This document shows, piece after piece, positions 14,320 to 22,143 of a stretch of DNA of 24,000 nt. Source of the stretch: an uncultured Alphaproteobacteria bacterium (GTDB lineage Bacteria > Pseudomonadota > Alphaproteobacteria > ATCC43930 > CGMCC-115725); NCBI GenBank assembly GCA_963810055.1, contig CAWEME010000008.1, positions 174,124 through 198,123 on the forward strand, written 5' to 3'. The notes under the pieces were generated by a model. That model had not been told where the DNA came from and made no database searches. It saw nothing but the letters and a program-made list of their open reading frames with translations. Every line of letters starts with the position of its first letter. Positions within the stretch are counted from its first letter, which is position 1. The position numbers and the translations under genes are program-made.

Positions 14320-14565
14320 ATGCCGATACGAAATCTCGATCCTAACAATCTCGGGCACAGTGAGGACTGGGAGGGCAATAATGTGGCATTGTCATGTCCG
14401 GCCTGCAAGAAGGTATTCATTGTCAGTGACACCAGAATGCATGTGGGGCCTGACGGGACAAAAGGCTACCGCAAATGTCCGGGGTGCGGGAAGTCGGTCG
14501 GGCGCGTGAAGGGTGGCAGAAAATCCGGCGGATCAGCCAGTATCGAATGGGCAAATTCAAATTAG
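14320..14565 (+). CDS. small zinc-ribbon protein
   Basis: Two CxxC pairs (CPACKK ... CPGCGK) spaced about 30 aa apart, with a Gly/Lys-rich tail. Confidence 0.5.
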   Translation: MPIRNLDPNNLGHSEDWEGNNVALSCPACKKVFIVSDTRMHVGPDGTKGYRKCPGCGKSVGRVKGGRKSGGSASIEWANSN

Positions 14566-14608
14566 GGGAATTATCCCTTTGGCTCCCTTACTGTGGTAAA
14601 ATTGTTTC

Positions 14609-14926
14609 ATGCAAGAGCTGTTCAGGATTATAGCGGCGCTGGTTGCCGCCTTCGGCCTATTTCTGTTTATCGGTTTCGCGCCGGCACTCGCGCAGGACTG
14701 CACCAATGGCGATACCATGAGGACGGTTAACTGCATGATCCAACAAGACCAGCAGATGGAACAGCAGCGGGAGATAGATGACCTGCGCCTAGATCAGGAG
14801 TTGAGCGGGCCGGAATGGCATAGCCATTACGAGCCTATGCCGTTTCCACAGTACGACAGTGACGGATCAGAGGGTCAGGACAGTAGGGCCGAGCAGCAGT
14901 GTATAGAGAGTGGCGAGTGCCGGTGA
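14609..14926 (+). CDS. small secreted protein (signal peptide), acidic/Gln-rich
   Basis: The N-terminus LFRIIAALVAAFGLFLFIGFAPALAQD looks like a signal peptide with an ALA-Q cleavage site. Confidence 0.5.
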   Translation: MQELFRIIAALVAAFGLFLFIGFAPALAQDCTNGDTMRTVNCMIQQDQQMEQQREIDDLRLDQELSGPEWHSHYEPMPFPQYDSDGSEGQDSRAEQQCIESGECR

Positions 14927-15072
14927 CGCCCGTTTAACTACCCAGCAGCGCAATCTTGGCACGGTGCTTGCGCTCCATCGCCACGCGCTTCGCGGTTTTC
15001 ATAGCGAGCCGTTGGGGTGACGCACTTTATTGGATGCGCTCTTGCCGCAGGCCCCGAGACGTAGGAGGTTAG

Positions 15073-15336
15073 ATGCGAATATCCGTCTCTCTACCCGTCG
15101 CGCTACTGGTTGTTGCTGCCGCAGTCCTGGTTGCTGCCGGGACGCTCGCCTTTGTCTATCGGTATGATTATGTGCACGACCGAGCGATCATCGTTCGGTT
15201 CGACAATTGGACTGGAACCGGCGTGAGGTGCGATCCTGAGGTGCCACCATCGGGCTACGGCCTTCCCGTACCCTCGGATCATCTTTTTGGCGAACCTGTG
15301 CCGATCCCGATCCCTCCCGTATACGTTTGCAAATAA
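15073..15336 (+). CDS. small membrane-anchored or secreted protein
   Basis: The N-terminus ISVSLPVALLVVAAAVLVAAGTLAF is hydrophobic. RBS GGAGG lies upstream of ATG 15073. Confidence 0.45.
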   Translation: MRISVSLPVALLVVAAAVLVAAGTLAFVYRYDYVHDRAIIVRFDNWTGTGVRCDPEVPPSGYGLPVPSDHLFGEPVPIPIPPVYVCK

Positions 15337-15415
15337 AGCTACCTAGATTGCCGCGAGACGTTCCCGCGAGGGAGTTAAGGGAGTTAAAGGTATAAATCCC
15401 CAAATTAGGACACTA

Positions 15416-16564
15416 CTAGGACCCGAGAGCTTTTCCCAGGCTTCCGGCCACTTGCGCAGCGGCGTCCCTAACAGGCTTATCCGCCAAATGCGCATAGCGC
15501 ATTGTCGTCTGTATCTGGGTATGGCCGAGAAGCCGGCCGACAACCACGATATTCACGCCCTGCATGACCGCATTCGAAGCGTAGGTATGGCGTAGATCAT
15601 GAATTCTAACGTGTTCGAGGCTGGCCTTCTTGCGGATGCGTTGCCAAGGCGGCTGAATATCGGTCGCATGCTGGCCAGGCACATGGCCCGCGATGACATA
15701 TTCATTGTCCGGCAGGCGGGGCAGGGCAGCGAGTACCTTGGCGGCCTCCTCGGGCAGGGGAATACGGCGCGGTCCGGTCTTCGAATCGGGCAGCTTTATG
15801 TAGCCGTCGCTGATATAGGACCATTTCAGGGTTTGGATTTCCCTCAGGCGGCAGCCGGTCAAAATGAGAAGTTGAATTGCCGCAATCGCATAAGGAGATT
15901 CGGAACCATCGGCGCCCGCTTCATTGAGTGCCTGCCCCAATCGTGTTAGCTCTTCCGTGCTTAGGAAGGTCTCGCGCTTGCGTTCGGGAAATTTTTTGAT
16001 GTGTCGGCAGGGATTGGAGCCGTCCGGCCGTAAGCCCCACACCTCGCACAGGTTGAACAGCTTGGAAAGCACACCCAAGGTCCGGTTGGCCTGATAAGGT
16101 TTTAGGCGCATTTGGTGATGGAGCTGCGCCATATCGGCGCGGGTCACGTCAACCACCTTAAATGGCCCAATCGCCGGATTGATGAACAGGTCGATAGACC
16201 GGCGATATTCGCGTTGCGTGTTCGGCTTGCAATGTTCGAGCACATGATCGCGGTAGAAGCGCTCGCACATCGTGGCGACAGTGACTGACCTACGGTGATC
16301 GTGAATCTCCTGGGCCGGATTTTGGCCGTGAGCAACAGCGCCGAGAAGTTCTTTAGCGCGCTTCCGCGCTTGCTCGGCGGTTAGAATGCCGTGCCGGCCG
16401 ATCTTGACCCGGCGCGTGCGTCCGCCGCTGCGATATTGGACGAGATAGGTCTTCTTGCCGCTCGGCCAGACACGCAAGCCGAAGCCCTTCACTTCATCAT
16501 CGAATATGATAAGCTCGCGTGTCTCTGGTGATATGGCTTCGACGCTACGCTTGGTAAGTTTCAT
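15416..16564 (-). CDS. int: tyrosine-type site-specific integrase (P4-like, DUF4102-type N-terminal arm-binding domain)
   Basis: The N-terminus FDDEVKGFGLRVWPSGKKTYLVQYRSGGRTRRVKIG is the DUF4102 pattern. Catalytic residues are in TGCRLREI, HDLRHTYAS and LLGHTQIQTTMRYAHL (R...HxxR...Y). Confidence 0.95.
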   Translation of the reverse strand: MKLTKRSVEAISPETRELIIFDDEVKGFGLRVWPSGKKTYLVQYRSGGRTRRVKIGRHGILTAEQARKRAKELLGAVAHGQNPAQEIHDHRRSVTVATMCERFYRDHVLEHCKPNTQREYRRSIDLFINPAIGPFKVVDVTRADMAQLHHQMRLKPYQANRTLGVLSKLFNLCEVWGLRPDGSNPCRHIKKFPERKRETFLSTEELTRLGQALNEAGADGSESPYAIAAIQLLILTGCRLREIQTLKWSYISDGYIKLPDSKTGPRRIPLPEEAAKVLAALPRLPDNEYVIAGHVPGQHATDIQPPWQRIRKKASLEHVRIHDLRHTYASNAVMQGVNIVVVGRLLGHTQIQTTMRYAHLADKPVRDAAAQVAGSLGKALGS

Positions 16565-16585
16565 CGGTGCCTGCGAAATAAAAAC

Positions 16586-16604
16586 GGAAGCACATAGGAA
16601 GCAT
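16586..16604 (+). promoter_or_regulatory. arm-type repeat pair 3 (GGAAGCAC-N3-GGAAGCAT), 22-40 bp upstream of the int start codon
   Basis: GGAAGCAC at 16586-16593 and GGAAGCAT at 16597-16604, with the same 11-bp phasing and orientation as the pairs at 595-613 and 690-708. Confidence 0.5.
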
Positions 16605-16732
16605 ACGACGGCGGATTACACGTAAAAGTATGAGCGTCAGGCGCAGAGCGCGTCCAGCCAAATCATTCTTACTAAAGCGTTTTTGTGTGGTGAGTGGTTG
16701 TAGAGGGAAACCAGCGTAATGAATTTATTTTT

Positions 16733-16779
16733 CTCATAACCTGAAGGTCGGAGGTTCAAATCCTCCCCCCGCAACCACC
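16733..16779 (+). repeat. attR of GI-1: displaced 3' part of tRNA-fMet (47-bp perfect direct repeat of 479-525)
   Basis: Character-by-character identity with 479-525. It lacks the 5' half of the tRNA, so it is not a gene. Confidence 0.9.
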
Positions 16780-18392
16780 GAGAGTCTAACTCCGGTTAGG
16801 TCTTTGTTCTTCTTCCCTACCAGCATCAGGATACCTGCCAGGTCACCGTGCAGCGTGGCCGGGATCTCGCCGCGTTTGGGGCCTGGCAGGAGGCTCACTT
16901 TGCTCACCAGTGAGCGTATGAGCTCAGCCGCCTCGCGGGCCGCCTCCGGGTCTTCCAGTGCCGCCGAGAGGTGCTCGATCTTGGCACGGTAGACCTCGGC
17001 CATGTTCGGGTGAACATCCGGGAAGTCCTGTGGGGCATTGGCCAGCCTGAAACTGGCTTCGGCCTTTTCCCGTTCCAATTTGCCGAGGCGATCGAGCAGG
17101 GCAGGGGATTTACCCCCGTCTACGATGATATCAACGGCCTTCTCGATTTGCCTTTCTACCCGCTCCAATGTTCGTTTATCGGCTTCGGCGGCTGCCCGCC
17201 GCTCGTGATTGAGCCGATTGGTTTCCTCTTGGAAGTCGCGGACTGCTTTCTCGGCGGCTTGCGGCGTGACAAGAATAGCCTTCAAGCCGTCGAATATGCG
17301 TTTTTCGATTACGTCACGTTTGACCGTGTGCCCGTTCTTGCAGGCCCCACGCCGGAAATGATTGGCGCAGCCATAGCGGTCGTTTTGAATGACCACGTAA
17401 TTGCCGCCGCACATGCCGCAACTGAGCAGCCCAGAGAACAGGAAGCGCTTGCGATGTTGCCCATTGAGGCGGTTCGCGAAGCTCTCCCGCACTGCCTGGA
17501 TGCTCTCTTGGAACTCTATGGCAAGCGCGGCCTGGCGGCTCTTTGCGGCTTCCCAAGCCGAATCCTGGACAATCCGCAACTCCGACACGTCCTGAATGAT
17601 CCACTCAGATTTCGCGTTGATTCGGGAGATTCGCTTGCCGGTATCCGGATTCTTGACGTAGCGCAGCCGGTTCCAGACCAGCTTGCCGATATAGAGCTCG
17701 TTATTGAGGATGCCCGTGCCGCGCGAGGCGTGGCCGCGAATGGTGGTATCCATCCAGGCTCCGCCATGCGGGCCGGGAACATGTTGGGTGTTTAAGTCGC
17801 GGGCAATGGCGCGCGGCGATTTGCCAACGGCGAATTCGCGGAAAATGCGGCGGACGATTTTGGCTTCGTCTTCGTTGATGGTGCGGTCACCCCGGATCGG
17901 CTCGCCCTTGGCGTCCAGTTTCGTGACGGGGCGATAGCCGTAGCAAAGCCCGCCGCCGGATTTTCCTTGTTCGACCCGCCCTCGAATCCCGCGCCGCGTC
18001 TTGTCGGCCAAATCCTTGAGGAAAAGGGCGTTCATGGTGCCCTTCAATCCAACATGAAGGTGGGTAATTTCGCCTTCGGACAGGGTGACAATCTTGATGC
18101 CGGCGAAGCTCAGCCGCTTGAAAACCCCGGCCACGTCCTCCTGGTCGCGGCTGATGCGGTCCAGGGCCTCGGCAAGCACCATGTCAAACAGGCCCCGCGA
18201 GGCGTCCGTAAGGAGCGCCTGGATTCCTGGCCGGATAAGGCTAGCTCCGGATTTGGCGCGGTCATTGTAGCCTTCAACCACGTGCCATCCCTGCTTTTTG
18301 GCGTATTCGCGGCAAAGCCGAAGCTGGTCCTCGATTGAGGCGTCCCGCTGATTGTCCGAGGAATAACGGGCATAGAGCGCAACACGGATCAT
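16734..18392 (-). CDS. large serine recombinase (resolvase/invertase N-domain, recombinase domain, zinc ribbon, coiled coil)
   Basis: MIRVALYARYSSDNQ carries the catalytic Ser motif. Also present are LAEALDRISRD, the zinc ribbon CGMCGGNY...YGCANHFRRGACKN and a long helical C-terminus. Preferred start is ATG 18392, 8 nt after GGAGG (the ORF opens at 18410). The last 16-18 codons (..VVAGGGFEPPTFRL) are read from the antisense of the tRNA-derived repeat. Confidence 0.9.
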   Translation of the reverse strand: MIRVALYARYSSDNQRDASIEDQLRLCREYAKKQGWHVVEGYNDRAKSGASLIRPGIQALLTDASRGLFDMVLAEALDRISRDQEDVAGVFKRLSFAGIKIVTLSEGEITHLHVGLKGTMNALFLKDLADKTRRGIRGRVEQGKSGGGLCYGYRPVTKLDAKGEPIRGDRTINEDEAKIVRRIFREFAVGKSPRAIARDLNTQHVPGPHGGAWMDTTIRGHASRGTGILNNELYIGKLVWNRLRYVKNPDTGKRISRINAKSEWIIQDVSELRIVQDSAWEAAKSRQAALAIEFQESIQAVRESFANRLNGQHRKRFLFSGLLSCGMCGGNYVVIQNDRYGCANHFRRGACKNGHTVKRDVIEKRIFDGLKAILVTPQAAEKAVRDFQEETNRLNHERRAAAEADKRTLERVERQIEKAVDIIVDGGKSPALLDRLGKLEREKAEASFRLANAPQDFPDVHPNMAEVYRAKIEHLSAALEDPEAAREAAELIRSLVSKVSLLPGPKRGEIPATLHGDLAGILMLVGKKNKDLTGVRLSVVAGGGFEPPTFRL

Positions 18393-18416
18393 GGATTTAG
18401 CCTCCAACAAACCAGC

Positions 18417-18842
18417 TTACTCTTTTGTCCAGGGGTCCAGAATGGATTTCAGCGAGGTCTTGAAATCCGAGACGTTATGGGTCACGAGCGTCAGATCATG
18501 GACTTCGGCAGTCGCGGCAATGAAGGCGTCCATCGCTTCAATAGGCCTGCCGGCGGCCTCACACCGTGCGAAAATCTTCCCACAAGCATCCGCAACTGTG
18601 CCGTCAACCGGTAAGATTCGATCTTCGAAACGCAACGGTAGCTCCTCCCGCAACCATTCATCGAGTTGTTTCCGCTTTACGCCAGCGGGCAGCCGCTCGA
18701 TCCCGTAGCGAAGCTCCGCCAATGTCACGGCGCTAATGAACACGCGGTCTTCATCTACCCCCTCCGTCCAGGTGATTAGGCCTGGATTGGGTTGCGGCTT
18801 GACCCACTCTGAAACCGCGTTGGTATCGAGCAGGAAGGTCAC
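18417..18842 (-). CDS. vapC: PIN-domain toxin VapC (type II TA)
   Basis: The N-terminus LLDTNAVSE carries the first acidic residue. The conserved ISAVTLAELRYG and DAFIAATAEVHDLTLVTHNVSDF segments are present. There is a 4-nt overlap with the upstream antitoxin gene. Confidence 0.9.
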   Translation of the reverse strand: MTFLLDTNAVSEWVKPQPNPGLITWTEGVDEDRVFISAVTLAELRYGIERLPAGVKRKQLDEWLREELPLRFEDRILPVDGTVADACGKIFARCEAAGRPIEAMDAFIAATAEVHDLTLVTHNVSDFKTSLKSILDPWTKE

Positions 18843-19093
18843 AACTCGACCTTACGCAGACGGCCTTTGATGCGCTTGATTTTCAGCCCGGAGCCGCGAA
18901 GCGGGGAACTGGCGAAGAACTCGGCCAGATTGCCGACTCGCTTGGTCTTCCGCTGCCATTCCTCGGCCGCCACAACCACCACGGCGCTGCGGCCGTGCTT
19001 GGTGATGGTCTGCGGCCCTCGGGATTTGGCCTGGTCAATGACTTCGCTGAATTTCGCCTTGGCTTCCGCGACGGTCCAGGTACCTGTGTTCAT
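18839..19093 (-). CDS. Phd/YefM-type antitoxin partner of VapC
   Basis: WTVAEAKAKFSEVIDQAKSRGPQTITKHGRSAVVVVAAEEWQR is the classic Phd/YefM N-terminal pattern. It overlaps vapC by ATGA-type coupling. Confidence 0.85.
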   Translation of the reverse strand: MNTGTWTVAEAKAKFSEVIDQAKSRGPQTITKHGRSAVVVVAAEEWQRKTKRVGNLAEFFASSPLRGSGLKIKRIKGRLRKVEL

Positions 19094-19106
19094 GGTTCAC
19101 CTCTTA

Positions 19107-19134
19107 TGACTCAATATAGTCACTATAGTCAGTA
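19107..19134 (-). promoter_or_regulatory. candidate TA operator: overlapping palindromes upstream of the antitoxin gene
   Basis: TGACTcaatatAGTCA and TATAGTcACTATA overlap within tgactcaatatagtcactatagtcagt, 14-40 nt upstream of the antitoxin ATG (19093). Confidence 0.4.
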
Positions 19135-19156
19135 TCGTCCGCAAATACAACAGGAG

Positions 19157-19360
19157 TCACGTCTCCGATTTAGGCTGCTGATTAGACTGGGTTTCTGCCG
19201 CCAGGAGTTCCTTGAATCGCTCGCGCGCAATCAAACGGCCGATCAAGCCGGCAAGGGCCAGGATACGGGGATCGAGCGGAGCTTCCGTATCTCCGTCAGT
19301 CCCGTTGGGCGCCGTCGCCGGCTCCTGGCCGGCGGACGAGCTCTCCCGGTTATCCGCCAT
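19157..19360 (-). CDS. hypothetical small protein (67 aa)
   Basis: ATG 19360 with GAGG 7 nt upstream. The N-terminus is acidic and Thr/Pro-rich, followed by an amphipathic helix. No family was recognised. Confidence 0.4.
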   Translation of the reverse strand: MADNRESSSAGQEPATAPNGTDGDTEAPLDPRILALAGLIGRLIARERFKELLAAETQSNQQPKSET

Positions 19361-19493
19361 TACGAACCTCGCAGACCAATCCCGACTATGGCCTTGCGCC
19401 TTGTGGCGCGCCCTAGGCCGCAGTCGAAATCATGTTCAAGGCGAGGTTCGCTTTTTTAGGGGCGGGGATCGAAACCCATAAATCCACAAACCT

Positions 19494-19817
19494 TTATAGT
19501 TTGTGGGGAGGCTTTTTGGCCGATTTCAGTCGCGCAAGCTCAGGTGCGAGATATTTGGCGATCACTTTGTCCGACAGGTTCTTATTTCCCGGGAATTGAC
19601 CTGGGAACAGGATATTTACCCGCACCCTTATCAATTCATAATCGCGCTTGCGCGATTGGGTCGGTATCGCTTGTTCATTGATCAATGACCGGATCGCTTC
19701 TGTAATCGCATGTTTTGAGGATGGACGGCCGATCGCTCGGTGCGTGTCTTTCGGCACAAGAGCCTCAATATCCCGGACCCATTTTGGCCGAAATACCAGC
19801 ACTGACGTTGCCCCCAT
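19494..19817 (-). CDS. hypothetical protein whose annotated start codon lies inside the IS terminal repeat (5' end altered by IS insertion)
   Basis: The first five codons ATGGGGGCAACGTCA (MGATS) are the reverse complement of the IS end 19803-19817. The native upstream sequence resumes beyond the IS at 21070. Confidence 0.45.
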   Translation of the reverse strand: MGATSVLVFRPKWVRDIEALVPKDTHRAIGRPSSKHAITEAIRSLINEQAIPTQSRKRDYELIRVRVNILFPGQFPGNKNLSDKVIAKYLAPELARLKSAKKPPHKL

Positions 19818-19820
19818 GTT

Positions 19821-20885
19821 TTATCCAGTAGCGACTGGAGTCTGGCGGTTTTCAACCTGCATATTCGGAGCGACGGGCCAAGGCGCGGAGCCCTCGATCA
19901 GCGCAGCGCCTTGACCTTGTTGCGGTGAGAATTTGGCGGCATAAGCGGCTGGCGTCAGCCAGCCGATGCGAGAATGAGGCCGAACGGTGTTATAGTCGCG
20001 CCGCCATTCTTCGAGGGCGGCACGCGCCTGGGCGAGCGAGGTGAACAGGGTCTCGTTCAAGAACTCGTCGCGCAGCCGGCCATTGAAGCTCTCGATGAAG
20101 GCGTTCTGGATCGGCTTGCCCGGATCGATGTAGTGCCAATCGACGCCCGTTTGCGCCGTCCAGGTCAGAATGGCATTGCTGGTCAGTTCCGTGCCGTTGT
20201 CGCTGCCGACCGTCTTGGGTTTGCCGTGGGCCGCGATGAGAAGATCGAGTTCGCGGGCCACCCGCTTGCCCGAGAGCGAGAAGTCTGCGATCGCGACCAG
20301 GCATTGCCGGGTGCAAACGTCATAGATCGCCAGAATGCGGAAGCGGCGACCGGAGTCAAGTTGATCGGACACGAAGTCGAGCACCCACAAGTCGTGCGGC
20401 AGCGCCGGGACCGGCATGGGCGTTCTTGTTCCCAAAGCCCTTTTGCGACCGCCCCGTTTGCGCACCATGAGCCGTTCCTCGCGATAGATGCGGAATAGCC
20501 GTTTGTGGTTCACGACAAAGCCCTCCCGGCGAAGGAAGATGAGCAAGCGGCGGTAGCCGAAGCGGCGGCGTTCCCGGGCCAAGGTCACAAGCCGCTCGCG
20601 CAGCCTGGGATCGTCGGGCCGCCGGGAGTGGTAGCGGATCGTCATCCGCACGCAGCCGATCACTTGGCACGCCCGCCGCTCGCTCATCTCATGGGCCGCC
20701 TTGAGATGGGCGACAGCTTCTCGCTTCACGGCGGGCGTTACCATTTTTTTGACAGTAAATCCTTCAAGCCCGCGTTGTCGAGCATGGCGTCGGCCAACAG
20801 CCGCTTCAGCTTCGAGTTCTCCGTCTCCAGCGCCTTCAGCCGCTTGGCTTCGGACACGTCCATGCCGCCGAACTTGCTCTTCCAA
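19821..20885 (-). CDS. IS3-family transposase OrfB (DDE), expressed as OrfAB by -1 frameshift at A7 (20744-20750)
   Basis: The DDE integrase core is present: WVLDFV..., [32 protein letters not shown]. OrfA ends TCA AAA AAA TGG TAA, and a -1 slip gives [11 protein letters not shown]..., the OrfB frame. Confidence 0.9.
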   Translation of the reverse strand: MEEQVRRHGRVRSQAAEGAGDGELEAEAAVGRRHARQRGLEGFTVKKMVTPAVKREAVAHLKAAHEMSERRACQVIGCVRMTIRYHSRRPDDPRLRERLVTLARERRRFGYRRLLIFLRREGFVVNHKRLFRIYREERLMVRKRGGRKRALGTRTPMPVPALPHDLWVLDFVSDQLDSGRRFRILAIYDVCTRQCLVAIADFSLSGKRVARELDLLIAAHGKPKTVGSDNGTELTSNAILTWTAQTGVDWHYIDPGKPIQNAFIESFNGRLRDEFLNETLFTSLAQARAALEEWRRDYNTVRPHSRIGWLTPAAYAAKFSPQQGQGAALIEGSAPWPVAPNMQVENRQTPVATG

Positions 20886-21004
20886 TTGTAGAAGGTCGCC
20901 TCGCTGACCCCGTGCTTACGGCAGAGGTCCGCCGTCTTGGCACCCAGCTCGTGCTCCTTCAGCACCCCGATGATCTGCTCTTCGGTAAATCGCGAATGCT
21001 TCAT
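20738..21004 (-). CDS. IS3-family transposase OrfA (HTH)
   Basis: [71 protein letters not shown] is the canonical IS3/IS407 OrfA. GAAGGAGG lies upstream of ATG 21004. Confidence 0.9.
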   Translation of the reverse strand: MKHSRFTEEQIIGVLKEHELGAKTADLCRKHGVSEATFYNWKSKFGGMDVSEAKRLKALETENSKLKRLLADAMLDNAGLKDLLSKKW

Positions 21005-21210
21005 AGTCTGGTCCTCCTTCAAGGGCCAGACTCCAGTTCAACCCGGATTAAACGGCGGGGGCAACGTCACCACCAATGCACTATCTTAATACTAACACAT
21101 GGAAAACAAATAATATAAATGGATCAGGCTGTCACCCAATGGATCAATTCATTCGCCGGTCTCGGTCAATGCTTGCCGGCGAAGCCTAGTCAGATGACCA
21201 CAATAAGCGA

Positions 21211-21250
21211 GTTTGACTCTCGGTGGTTGCGAGCCCCCGCAACCACTTTT
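21211..21250 (+). repeat. attR of Element 2: inverted-repeat arm, 13-bp tRNA-end core and T-tract (also folds as a 9-bp hairpin)
   Basis: In gtttgactctcGGTGGTTGCGagccccCGCAACCACtttt, the arm 21211-21231 is 20/21 the reverse complement of 16770-16790, and the core 21234-21246 equals 512-524 of the tRNA. Confidence 0.6.
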
Positions 21251-21462
21251 GTTATAACTCCCTCGAAATCTCGATTTGATGGCCGCGCGCGCCTACAACC
21301 ACCGACGGCATCCGAACTGCGTGCCCGTCTGGGTTTAATCCGGGTCACACATTGGTCGAGACCGCTATCTGGGCTGCTCACATATTCCACTGCGATCGGC
21401 CGCCCGCTAGGGTCGGTAGCAGCGTCATCCGGCGCTGGCTGTCGCCGCGCGCCGGCTACGGT

Positions 21463-22143
21463 TCATGGCTTGGCGGGGTTGATGTCCGTAGCGATGTCCT
21501 TGGCGGTTTGTTCGCCCTTGGCAATCTCTGCCGGAGACATCCGCGTCACGAGATCGTCGCGTAAATGCTTGGCCATGCCGTCGCCGTTGAGCGCGGCGTT
21601 CTCGTACCAGCCATAAGCCTCGGGCAGGTCGCGCGGCACGCCCAGTCCCAAGGCAAAAATGTATCCGAGCTGCCGTTGCGCGGCGCTGTTCCCGGCAACT
21701 GCGGCCTTACGCAGCCAGGTTTGCGCCTTGCCGAAGTCTTGCAATGTTTCATCGCCCTGCAAGTAGAGTTGGCCGAGATGACTCTCCGCAGGCACGAATC
21801 CTTGTGCCGCGGATTTCTCCAGCAGGCCGATCGCCGCTGGCATATCCCGCTTCACGCCCAAACCGTTCTCGTCGATGTCGGCGAGCCAGTATTGCGCTTT
21901 CGGATTTCCCTCGTCGGCCAGCGGCGTGAGCAGGGACACCGCAGTCTGATCGTAGTTCGACCGGAAAGCCTGCAAGGCCATCTGCAGTTTATCCTGTGGC
22001 GTCGGCGGCCGACTTCGTTCTATATATTTGCCGCCGAAAAATCCCGCCATCAACATCACGGCGATAAAGCCGGCCAGCCAGATGCGATTGACCGGGGGCA
22101 TCCTCTGCGGAGGTTGCGGAGATTGCATGGGTGGCTGCGTCAT
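21463..22143 (-). CDS. Sel1-repeat (SLR/TPR-like) protein with N-terminal TM anchor
   Basis: Repeated A.YWLA....G.GV..D...A..WL.KAA..G...A...LG..Y units (KAQYWLADIDENGLGVKRD; AESHLGQLYLQGD; AQRQLGYIFALGLGVPRD; AYGWYENAALNGD). TM helix IWLAGFIAVMLMAGFFGG. ATG 22143 with AAGGTG is preferred over the longer ORF start at 22179. Confidence 0.85.
   Translation of the reverse strand: MTQPPMQSPQPPQRMPPVNRIWLAGFIAVMLMAGFFGGKYIERSRPPTPQDKLQMALQAFRSNYDQTAVSLLTPLADEGNPKAQYWLADIDENGLGVKRDMPAAIGLLEKSAAQGFVPAESHLGQLYLQGDETLQDFGKAQTWLRKAAVAGNSAAQRQLGYIFALGLGVPRDLPEAYGWYENAALNGDGMAKHLRDDLVTRMSPAEIAKGEQTAKDIATDINPAKP

Larger units (their letters stand above)
19803..21069 (-). mobile_element. IS3-family insertion sequence (IS407-group-like), 1267 bp
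   Basis: Terminal inverted repeats are TGACGTTGCCCCC (19803-19815) and its reverse complement GGGGGCAACGTCA (21057-21069). Further matching blocks lie inside (GTTT.ATCC, ACTGGAGTCTGG). It has an orfA/orfB pair with an A7 slippery run. The target duplication is ambiguous (gCAC / cCAC). Confidence 0.85.
16780..21233. mobile_element. Element 2: about 4.45-kb serine-recombinase integrative element (recombinase, VapC/Phd TA pair, two small ORFs, one IS)
   Basis: The left end GCAACCACCGAGAGTCTAAC (16771-16790) is the inverted repeat (19/20) of the right end GTTTGACTCTCGGTGGTTGC (21211-21230). A 13-bp direct repeat CCCCCGCAACCAC (16766-16778 and 21234-21246) matches the tRNA 3' end. The recombinase gene abuts the left end. 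Confidence 0.6.

Noticed and set aside
15370-15387. Tandem GGGAGTTAA x2 just downstream of the integrase stop
   Set aside because: There are only two copies of a 9-mer in an intergenic spacer and no further copies elsewhere in the window. That is too little to call a regulatory or repeat element.
16971-17795. 274-aa + strand ORF (with several smaller ones) antisense to the serine recombinase
   Set aside because: The minus strand carries unmistakable serine-recombinase motifs. The + strand ORF has none and is a shadow frame.
21330-21346. 13-bp match (GTTTAATCCGGGT) to the internal part of the IS3-family terminal repeat, outside the IS
   Set aside because: It might be a relic of a second IS end. 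However, the match is short, the flanks align only loosely, and the TGACGTTGCCCCC terminus is absent, so it is not distinguishable from chance by eye.
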